DNA of 64,000 nucleotides from Ptychomitrium polyphyllum (Eukaryota): NCBI GenBank assembly GCA_973851085.1, contig OZ316775.1, positions 6,076,001 to 6,140,000 of the forward strand, read 5' to 3'. Shown piece by piece: positions 26,416 to 37,407 of this stretch (position 1 is its first letter; each line of letters starts with the position of its first letter). The notes under the pieces were generated by a model. It saw only the letters and a program-made list of their open reading frames with translations, ran no database searches and was not told where the DNA came from. The position numbers and the translations under genes were made by a program.

Positions 26416-27961
26416 AAGGTGTAAGGCGGCCCTAAGCATGGAGGCAAAGGCAACTGTAGACTCAAAACATGGCAGCTGTGCATACTTTAGATGATATTCT
26501 GTGATTGGCGCGGCAGTATTGACTCTGCTCGTCGCTATGACCCTGCAATTGCAACTGTTGATGCAATTCAGTGTTCATACCAAAGCTGGTACAAATACAT
26601 GTCGCGAAGCAAGCAATCACAGCAAGTAGCAGCTACTAAATTAGATACCGATGTGCTCAAATGCGGTGAAGAAGAATTCCAACTAGTTCCATTCGGCGTG
26701 CATGTTCCAAGCGGGCAGCCGAACGTTCATTGACTCATCTGGATGGGGCCCGCTTAACATGAGCTTCGTTTGTTGAGCCAATGCAAGGCAATACTAGCAT
26801 CTTCTGGGGTAGTAACACAGGAGTGAGCGGTGACAAGCATTGCTGTAGCGGTGACCTAAGCACCTTTGAAACGCAGCAGTTATGATACCACGACTGAAAT
26901 CGTGTATTTCACCAGCCGCCACAGTCACCATCATGATCCCTGGGCAAACAAGCCCGAGCATCGTCCTGTTCACTACAAGGAGCAACTTAGTTAGTGACCA
27001 CCTGTTAGTAAACAACTATTTCAATCTATACGAGGCGGCTTCTAAAGCTGTCCTACAGGAAAAGGCAACAACTTTTCTGCGAATGGTATGGTAAGGTCGG
27101 TGTCCTAAATCCGCAAGCAATCTAGACGAATCGATTATCCAGCCTGTCCAAGACCATGCATTAGGACTATTGCCACTTAGTGAAGTATGAGTAACTGTCT
27201 TTCCACCTTCAAGTCACGGATAGCCAGGCAATAGGAGAATTGAGTCTTAACTACTGGATGCCAGGTCGTTTGACAAGATTGTCATAGTCGTGAAAGTTTT
27301 CTCTTTGTGACGTTTGTTGTGCGTCAGAGAAAATATTTCATTACCTACATTCTGCTAGGTGATTAAATGGGTGGCAGGCTTTCCGAAGAAATTTTGGTGC
27401 TTGAGGGATTCAAATAATGGCTCAGCTCTGCAAGTACAGTATCTCGTGGCAGTCGTAATGTGGGTGTCGTAAGCAAACCAGGATTCATACTGGACATGAC
27501 CCACCAACTTCTAAACATTTCAATGCCACCGTAATAGTTTCACCGCCTGTACCAGAATGTTCGTGAGCAAGTTTGTCAAATCATTGAAGGCAAACTAATC
27601 CAAGTCTCCAATAATTAAATTTACTTCAGTTCTCTTTCTGACTCTCTTCGTGACTGGAATCAAGAGGGAATTACTTCCAGGTCGTGCCATTTATTTATAA
27701 CGGGTCTACTGTATTCTCTTTGACACAGTGTAGTGTACAAACAGATTGGATGTACGTAGTTGAATGAATACACGGCGGCCGTCATCTAACGACAGGCCAA
27801 TGATTGTATGGATTGTATGTTTATAACCAGGTCTCAATGACGAAACAGTCCGTCTTCTCTTCTGGTGCACATGGGCAGCTTTCTCAGTCCCAGAGTCAAG
27901 TCTTAAGACTACTTGGCTATTTTTGAGCGTGCAAATCCATCTGGTTAGCAGTGGAGTCATC

Positions 27962-29449
27962 ATGTCAGAAGGAATTCTTGATACCTTCCGACCAATTAAA
28001 ATTAGCTCACGAGGGGTAAACTTCGGCATGGAAGCGGGTGATGGCGAAGCCAGCTATGCTCGCAACTCAGCAACGCTCCAAGGAGGGATGCTACGTGAAA
28101 CTGGCCATAACCTCACCGGAACCATCCACGACTTGATCTCTCTGCCATTAGAGTTACAACCCATTCGGATTGCAGATTTTGGCTGCTCAGTAGGAGCCAA
28201 CACCCTGGCATGGGCGGATCTAGCCACCCAGAGCGTGCTTCAGAGCTACCAAACAAGAGCCAGTTCAGCTGCTTCTTCCCCTGAAATTCAGTACTTTTTC
28301 TGTGATATGCCATTCAATGACTTCAACACACTCTTCCGGGAGCTTGATAGCAAAGAAAAGACTAAACCATTCTTTCCAGCTGCGGTGGCAGGGTCATTTT
28401 ATGACCGGTTGTTTCCAAAGGGGACTTTGCACATTGCACTCTCATCATGGTCTGTGCATTGGATGTCCAAGGTAATGCAAATTCTTTAACATGATCTTGA
28501 CCAATAAAATCAGTTGTGATCTAGTTGAGAGCTTTAATAGATTAAGTTTTTTGATGTTGGTGGCATATTTGCAGATTCCAGAGGCTGTGCAGGATGTCTC
28601 CTCTCCTGCGTATAACAAAGGGCGTGTGTGGATAGATGGTGGCAATCCAGTTGTAGCGGAAGCGTATGCTCAAGTGGCAAGGCAGGACCTGCTGAGCTTC
28701 TTCACAAACCGTGCTTACGAGTTGGCACCTGCTGGGCTTTTGTTTATGACATGTCCGTGTAGGGCTGGGCCTGGAAGGCCAGAAACCCAGACAAGTGGAG
28801 AGTTTCAAAGTTCCGCAAGTCCTTTTGGCCGTATACTTGAAGACTCGTGGGCGGAATTGGTTGCTGAGGTAATTCATCAATTAAAATTTTTCCCATTCTA
28901 CTCAGTAAAATTAGTTTATTGTGCATTAATGGAAGCTTGAACATATTGAATCCAATCATCTTTCAACGCTTAGAGAATAGAAATGTCATTTGTTAAGAAT
29001 TTAGAAGGTATGACTTTGATATAGGCAGTGATTAAATCGCATGGTAATTTTTGATTTTTTTGCAGGGTGTGATAGAGGCACAAGAGAGGGACTCCTTCAA
29101 TATTCCTATATTCCACCCAAGCATAGAGGAGATCGAAGAAGCAGTTAACAAAACCCAAGCTTACGACATCAAGTGTCTGGAGATTCGACGAGACCCCAGT
29201 TGGTTAGCCTCTGGCAGCCCACAAGAACACTACTTCAAAGCCAACCCTGCATCGTTCGGTATGTTAGCCAAGAACATGGTAAGAGCCGTCTACAACCCTC
29301 TCGTGGAGGCTCATCTGAATCCCTTCCGAGCACTCCAACTCTGGGAACGATTTGAGCACAACAACACAGTTTATGTAGAGCGAACGCAAAACATTTGCCT
29401 CAGCATGCCTGGCACAAATTATGCCCTTGTTGTACTCACCCGAAAGTAA
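27962..29449 (+). CDS. SABATH-family SAM-dependent carboxyl methyltransferase (~395 aa)
   Basis: Three exons 27962-28471, 28575-28868 and 29066-29449, all phase 0. Motifs M.AGDGEASYARNS, RIADFGCSVGANT, DMPFNDFNTLF, AGSFYDRLFP, SSWSVHWMSK, YNKGRVWI, DSFNIPIFHPS.EE. Confidence 0.96.
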
Positions 29450-30049
29450 TCAGCTTACAATTTCTCATTATCAGTCTGGAGTAACCTGGGGGCATGAATT
29501 CAGTAGGTAACGATATATCATTACTTATTACAGTACTTAATCTGAAGCACAGCAAGATACAACATCAAGCATATGGTTTTAGAGGTATGCTAGTGTTGTA
29601 TAAGTATTTAGCCAAGCTCCGTTCTGCCAACGAATTATATCCATATTTTAAAAGCATTGGAACGAAATCACAAAATGAGCACTACGCTACAAGATTTGCA
29701 AACTGCAAATTTGTCTACAAGCTGGAGTACCCATGTAACATAAATCCTTTTAACACTAGGGCACATCAAAAATACACAGGTCATATGTCCGTTACTGTGG
29801 ACAGCACAAAGTTGGCGACAAAGAATCGTAGTCCTTGAGGTTTTACACTATGTTAATCGAGACGAATTTCTTCTCTACAAGTTCAATGGACATGAAAAGA
29901 AACCAATTGACAAGTCACAGTATTTCAGTGAGCAAATTGAATGGAAAGGATTGTAAACCTTTCAACTTCGCTTTGTAAAGTACATTCCTCGCAACCAGTT
30001 TTATGTACATAATTTGCACTGTGTACAAGCTCTCAGTTTCGTATAGACT

Positions 30050-30232
30050 TCACCTCCTGCCATTGTTTGTAAAGAAACAATAGCAATCCCAGGCAAGTAG
30101 GGGCAGGCGGACCTCGCCCATAAACTTCCACTGTCGATCTTTTATATCAAGTGGCTAGTCATGAGTCTTAAGGTGGACTCCACTCCCACTTGGGACTCAG
30201 TTGCAATGCAACTGAGCTTTGAGCTTACAATC
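30050..30232 (-). pseudogene. Possible decayed terminal exon of the orphan gene
   Basis: A polypyrimidine tract and AG precede DCKLKAQLHCN*VPSGSGVHLKTHD*PLDIKDRQWKFMGEVRLPLLAWDCYCFFTNNGRR*. It is in phase with a donor-like ATG|ATAAGT at 30449/30448. Confidence 0.35.
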
Positions 30233-30454
30233 CTTACAGAGGTAAAGAGGAGGTTTATACTAAATGTTCACACACCACAACACTTGAGGAGAAAACGTTC
30301 TAAAAATAGTCTCCCTTCAACCTCAAATATCCCTCCTCTCGCTACTTCACGCCAGCGCTCAACTCAAGCAGAAATTACAGTGCTGGCCTCTAAGTTAATA
30401 AGTCTGTACCATGTGAGTAGAACATCATTAAGATGAGCCACTACTTATCATGGA

Positions 30455-32228
30455 TCATGGAGGTGGGATGATAAGAGCGTTGCTTCTGGACGTTTTTCCT
30501 TTAAACTTGGACGCCACTCGTTCCGCTTTCTTCCGATATGTCACCACATCTTTCCCCACCAACACCTTCTTCTGCTGCAGACACGCTGTGAAAATCTTGA
30601 TTTCGAAGCTCCAGTCCAGCCTTCCGTTCAATGCCTTAACAACGTCGGTCGACACTTCCCACGTTGCCTCGTTGATGTCCTCGAGGTCCTTGAACCGGAC
30701 AACTTCAGGATTCACAAATGGAAGCTCAGGAAGCACATCGGAGAAGCAGTTGGTCGGATTCTCCACATGAAATGGCTGGCCGTCGGCCCAGGTGGTCATC
30801 TTCCACGTCCACTCCACCGCTTTCTCGGAGCTCTTGGGATCAAATGCCGCAGGTAACCATCGGTGCTTCACCACATTGTCTGACGCTGGAGGTTTAATTT
30901 CTTCACCTTCTTCACTGAGCTCAGGTAATGAGAGATTGGAGAGACGTTCTGTGATCCCCAGAGTGGCGTGACGCTGCAAGTTGTATGTCTCGGCAGGCTT
31001 GGCTGCGGATTGAGTGCAGTGGCTGGCCCATTTCTCCGACGGGAACACCTTGATTTCGATACTGTACACGAAGTGCCCGCGTGTGTTGGAGTTGTTGAAG
31101 CTCTGTGTCACCCCGAATTGAACCTCCTCCAGCATCAAATGGAGCTCCAGGCGAGGAGTTCCCACCAATCTGTGCAGAGACAAAAGAAAGATGGGCTCGA
31201 CAAGATTCTTCTTAAACGTCACAAGATTCACAAAAAATTTAAAGATTTTCCGTTGCTTACTGAGTAAGCATTGGCTCGTCAATCGCACGAGGACGACCTA
31301 ATTAATAATCTGTCAACACTGTAGGTCTTGGAGTGGGATCGGTTTACAGAGCATGTTCAGTTTGTCAAAACATTCTGTACCTCGTGTATGCCGCACGTAG
31401 ACGAACATCGCAGTAAACCTCTTGTTCAGCACTTTCAAGAGCAATCAAATCTTCCGCAGTTCTCACAAATTCGGGCTCCGAGGGGCTCTGCATTATGATC
31501 TGTTGTGGAGCAGAGACGCGAGCTGCAAATGAGCACACTCACTCTCAGAAAGTCGAAACAAAGAGAAACTCGACTCGAGGAAACCAAATCTCTACTTCTC
31601 TACAATCATGTAAATTTTGGCTAATCTGAAAGAGTACTACATTGCAATTGGTTTTGGTCCGGGAGTGGTGTACCATGTCCTACAAGATCTTGTGCAAATG
31701 GGACGGATTTCGGCGATGCTTTGGGGCTGTAAGGTGCATATGCATCCACCACAAGGCTTTGCATTCTCTTGAGGTCGTTCTCTTCAGGCTCATGCTTGGC
31801 TTTGTGCAGCACAACTTTGCCATCACTACCATGATCCTCAGTGATCAGAAACCCACGTTTCTTCAGCTCATTCGAAAGCCTAGGGTTGTCCACAATCACA
31901 ACGCCACAATCCGTGACGAGCTCCACCAGCTCATCTATGGACACTTGTTGCAGGTCCTGATTGAAATAAATGGCATCCCACTACTTAAAGAAGTAGACCC
32001 CCATTCACCTAACTCTGGAACTTCGAAATAACCACAGCCAAGACATGGACAAGAATTGCTTTTATGATCACGCTATACTCAAACAAAGCACAAAATCTTT
32101 AGATAAGGAACCAAAACGCTAAAGAAAGAAACTGAAAAAATGAACTCAGAACATAAAAGACACAATTTTCTGGTGTCAAGTATGCCCCAAGAAAGCCATA
32201 CCTTACTACGATGCTCCGTGATCGTCAT
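30455..32228 (-). CDS. Spliced gene for an uncharacterised ~388-aa protein
   Basis: Exons 32228-32202 (MTITEHRSK), 31956-31674, 31522-31381 and 31169-30455 join through canonical GT-AG introns of phase 0, 1 and 2 into one open frame. The first exon is also open upstream of the ATG, so the start is uncertain. No family motif recognised. Confidence 0.75.
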
Positions 32229-33956
32229 TCCGAAAACGGTGATGGTATGTAACAGATCCTGTTATTTTAGAATAAGAAGGTCCTTAATTGGGTTCTGTGA
32301 GTCTCAGACCGCAAGCAAACGAGAGATCTGAGCCATTACACTTCGGCACACATTCAGACACTACCACCAAGAAATCAAGCAAAGACTCACGAATGCAAAG
32401 GAAATGAATCTTCCAGTCATTTACCACAATACACTCTCAAATCTGCATAAACTTGAACCAACTGACGCGAAACCCTGCACTAAACCCTGGCATCTAGAAC
32501 TCACCCTCTACTCAAATTGACACGGAAGTACAAAACCATACCAATTTGTGAGGCAAAAACCACAAGCACCTCGAATTAAAGTCAGTGCAAGAGTACTCTA
32601 AGTTGAAGGGAAAAGTGTGATGTTTTCGAGTAGAATGCAGGAACTTAGATATTATAGCCGGTTTGTTGCGCTATGAGAAAGTACTCAAGATCTTCAATTG
32701 AGAAGAAGCATGTGTAGTGTACTGCATATAGAGCAGCATGACGTGGTACCGATGGCGAGGTGAGGACGAAGGTACTAATTCTTTGAACAGGTCTGGTGTC
32801 GCCTGTCCACGCGGCGGGAACTGCAGGAAGAGGGGAGACGCACTCACCGAGCTTAGGTGGCCCTTCCAAGCTGCTCTATGGATTCATTTTCTACCTCCAG
32901 TTTTGTGAATTTTGGGCAGCAGATTCCGGGCTCCTATCCCTTGATGCTGTAGAAAGTTGCGAACTTGTGACAAGTGTCGCAATAGCTCGGTGGAATTCAG
33001 AATTATAATGAATTGATTATCCATCGTTAGAGGCTGTCAAATAAACCACTGTTCTACGAGTTGCTTTGGCAAATTCTGGATACCTTTGCATTGATAACTG
33101 CTTTACAACTTCCAAAACCTAGATCAACGGGTACCCATGGGCTAAAATGTACAAATTTTACTGCTGCAAGCAACAGGGACGGACGAGAACACCGCTTTCT
33201 TGATCATCAACACTTATTAACATAGAACCCAGATATGAAATGGATAAAAGTAATGTTCATGACTTCACACAATATTTTCCACAACTGCCGCGTGTTGCTG
33301 AATGCTGCAGTAGCAAGCAGTAAGACAGGAAACATCGTGACCGGGAAAGTAGCAACAATTGGTAAGGGCAATGATCCAAATTTTGACGTATTGCAAACTG
33401 TAGCCACGAATACCATATAGAAAGACGGAGAGAACACACTAGAAAATATGCACAAAAAGGGCGATTGCACGCACAAATGTCTTCAAAAAGCCCGATAATG
33501 TGTAGAAGAATCTCCAAATTTAATCATTATTGAATATACAATAGGGAGAGGACAGGTGAAGATTACTTGAGCCGGTAGCTGTGCAGGACGGATTGCAGCG
33601 AAACGACCACACTGACGCAGCAATTAAAGAGCGAAGTCCATAACTTTCCTATGGACAGTTGGTCAGCACTGCGTATATCGCAAAAGTGTCCCTTCTGGCT
33701 TCGGGGGCGAACACGCACCAAGGCGACGCCATTGTCAAGCATGATACGAGACAGGATGCGAGTGTAGATCCCACAAAATCATAGAATGCTGCAAGGCACC
33801 AATATTGGCAATTGCTGCAGAATCTGGTGCACTCCAGAGCCATGGCCAAGACATCGTCACAACGCACCCCGGTCGAACTGCTCTTCGCAAGTGATAAGTA
33901 GATTACAAAACTCAAGAAGCAGGCGCTATCTCATGAGCACCAAACTTGGTGATGCT

Positions 33957-36900
33957 TCATGGTCTCTTCAGTAGTCGTCGACTGTGGGGTTCCTTCTTGC
34001 AGATGCAACCTGGATACGGGTTGGAGTAGAAGTTCTCCTCTAACTTGGGTAATTCGCCTGTCTGTCGCCAACGTGGAGCTCCTGTTCGGTTGCTGTGGAT
34101 CTTCCGCACCAGGGTTTCAAATTCTTTCCACGTTATCTCTCCTGCTTCGTAGTCGTCAATCAGCTTCACTAGCCGCTCTCTGCAATCAGAGAAATCCCGG
34201 GAAAAACAAATTTTTACAAAAATTCATAATACGTGTTGTCGTATGAGGGTACTTGCAACTTCAAGCATCACTTCACCCAAGAAATCTACTGTTTTAGAAC
34301 CACAGCCGTATAAGATGAGATCAATCTTAAAGACTTTCATTGCAGTAAAAACGACTGTTGGAGCGGTATAAGATACCTGTCCGGGCTGATAGTTTTCCGG
34401 TAGCCTTCGAACTGTCGATGCCCCATAACAGCCTTCGCCATGTTCCCATCATAAGTATAGACGAACACATCACTCTCGAGTGCTACCATATAATCCAACC
34501 CAGCCAGCCGATTCTGATACTTTTTCAGAGGAGCCAGCTCCTCCATGGTTGCGAGAGTTCCATGATCATACAAATTCGGAAACTCTTTGTAAAGACTATC
34601 CATGGTGCCCTTTCCATATATTTCGCCAGCTACAATGTAGATATTAGTCGTGGATGGGTACCCTAAGGCTTTCAACAGCAGTCCGGTTTCATAAGGCGTC
34701 AAAGGACAACCACCCAGCTTGCGCTTCTCCTCACCATCGATCTCCTTCTCTTTCCAATGCTTGACCTCATATCGCATCTGCTTCAGCTCCTCAGCTTCCT
34801 CGCTGGAGAGACCATGTGCACAGCCTGTGAAGGCGAGCATGTCCTTCTCAAACCTGTGAGCACGTGCACATTCCATATCAGCTCGTGTTGCAGCAATAGT
34901 TGTCAGAAAACAAAGGACAATGAAAACTGCTTCGCAAAGCTCTGTAACTGGTACAAAATGTGCAAATAGAGTACCTCAGATGCAAAGCTAAATAAGGACC
35001 ATCATCTCGCAAGCGGTTGGTGAGGGTGTCTGCCAGCCGCCGAATGGGCTCTGAGTATCTTAGCGCTCGATAATTGACTCGACACCTGAGCTGCTGAATG
35101 TAGTCAGGCAGAGCATTGTTTGCCAACCTTGAATCAGCATGAGTGAAGTACAGAACCTTGCTCTGCTCAAGTAAAGGAACCAACTCGGACTCGTAGTAGG
35201 GTCCCTGTTTCATGTTGAATGACAAGGATGTCAGTTCATGAGTAGGACAAGACATGATGAAAACTTTGCCATGAACTGAAACTTCTTTAACGGATACCAG
35301 CACTCCAACATTCCGTAAATTGCAGCAATTTAGGTAGACAGAAAAGTCACCTTGGACCAAGAGATGGGCGCTTTGGTAACAGGCTCAATCTTGGCCAGGT
35401 GAGATGGCAGAGCCTCCACGATACTCACATGTTCTTGGAGTGATTCAATGAAGAACTTCAAATCGAAGATGTCCTTGAACTCACTGCACGAGAATAAATT
35501 CACGTTATTCTCGTTCTATTTCAATCATACGAAACAGGCTCAACAGAATATGAAAGAAAGCAGCCATCTCATTAGTAACTCAACAAATCCCTGCAATGGC
35601 AGCGTAAGAATGAAAGCAGTCGATTGCAATACGGGATTTCAAGAGGAGAATGTGTGCCAACCTTGGATCCGCCCAGAAAGAGCTGTGGTCAAGTTTAGGG
35701 ACGACGAGTGTTGCCTTCATCAGCTTTGCAATGGCCACCATATCACAAATCTGCATACAATCATATAAGATGTTGAATAATAACTCAGTACTGAAATAGC
35801 GCAAAGAAAGTCCGTGTAACTGGGAAAATGTTCGCAGGAGTTCCAGCTTGTAATAAAATAAGGACTAGAATTCAGTAAATACTCACCCCTGTCCGCATCT
35901 GATTCAAACCACCGTTTGCATTTACAATAATGTAGCCATTGGTCTCGTTTCCAGATTCTACAAACAACAAACATAAAATACGATCAATTCAGTGATTAAG
36001 CAGAAAGAAAATCAAGAGATTTCTTCATGCCAGTATCAAACAATCGTGTCTCCCATAGCCATTAAGCAAAACATACCGCCAATTTTCAGATCCTCCCTTT
36101 AAAACTCTCACCATTAGTAGCTCCTTATTGAAACAGGACAAACATTCAATGCCAGAGAGATTTCGTAGAATAGAACTTAGAAACAATCAACTTACTCTGT
36201 GCCTTCTTAAGACGATCAATGCACTGGCCGTATTTCTGGCTATCTGGCTTCGACCACAGCTCAGAAGACCACAAAGCATGTGTCTGCAAGGCGAAAAACC
36301 AAAAAAATTATTAGGCTAAGATTATTCATACGTACAACGATCTAAAATGCAATGTCTCGTAACAATCAACCAGATAGGATGCATAAGTGCCTTAGATTAA
36401 CAAGAGAAGCACGGTGGAGAACCACAGCAATGTAAAACTAGAAAAAAGGCTTCACCTTACGGTGATCCCTATGGCGCTTCTGAGGCATTTTCAGAACTGA
36501 CAAATCATCAATGCCATCATCCTTGCTCGCATCAATGGCATTGTTTGATTCAAACTTAAATAGGTTGAACATGATCTTCTCTCCTTGAAACTGCATGATT
36601 AAGAGCAACCAGGGCAATCCAAATGATCAGCAAGAGCTCTCAACTATTCGCAGCAGAAATTTTAATCGCAAGTGTCAGTTCAAACATTGCCTCAGAACCT
36701 CCAAAGTACGTACCATAATTGAAGCATTAAATCCCTGCATCATGTAGTCCAATAGAAAGCAATGAACTACAAGCATTTTATCCACACTTCAGAGTACTGT
36801 CAAATCATTCATTAACTTTGCCGAAGCAAATTTTTAATGTTGAGAGAGCAAACTGCAACCTATAAACTTGCTAACATGGAAGGCTGAAATAACACAAAAA

Positions 36901-37407
36901 ATAGCCAAATAACCACTCTAGATAGATTACCTGAGAATCTTCTGAAGACTGATCCTGAATAGGATACAATCCTAAAAAGAAAACCTTCAGCAGCATAAAC
37001 GAGAGAACCAGGAGAGTAAAGACAAAGAAAGCTGTTTGTCGCCAGTTTCTGTTGGTGTCCGAAAGGAAAGTGGTCACACTAAAATGCTGATCTCCAGCCT
37101 TGTCTCCAAACCTAGATATATGGCCACGCTCCTTCCCGTGCACTTTCACGCTGTCGACATCATGTTCCGGCCTTGAGTTGGGATCGTGTGACGAGTCGTC
37201 ACCCTCATTAGGTCGCTGGCCTTTGAAAAGTTTGAAAAGAAGATGAGGAGATGGCTCCTGCATTCGTTTCTGGGAGAGTGACCTTCTGCTCATAGGATGA
37301 AACGGGCTGTTTGCTGCCCCAACTCTAGGGCTCAAGAGAACATGGGCATAGTCCCGGTTCACTGCCACAGCGTCTGAAGCTGGGGTATGTCCCCGTAACG
37401 AACCCAT
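33957..37407 (-). CDS. O-fucosyltransferase-family (DUF246/GT106; FRIABLE1/RRT-like) type II membrane glycosyltransferase
   Basis: First coding exon 37407-36931 contains the TM ([20 protein letters not shown]). Later exons carry [130 protein letters not shown], and the C-terminal [17 protein letters not shown] (last exon 34179-33957). Confidence 0.95.

Noticed and set aside
30050..30232. In-frame TGA/TAG read as selenocysteine or programmed readthrough
   Set aside because: Land plants lack Sec insertion machinery, both TGA and TAG occur, and the donor is also mutated; decay is the simpler explanation.
21846..37407. GNAT + SABATH + glycosyltransferase as a biosynthetic gene cluster
   Set aside because: The GNAT is a conserved plastid protein-acetyltransferase type and the glycosyltransferase a Golgi cell-wall type; no scaffold-forming enzyme is present.
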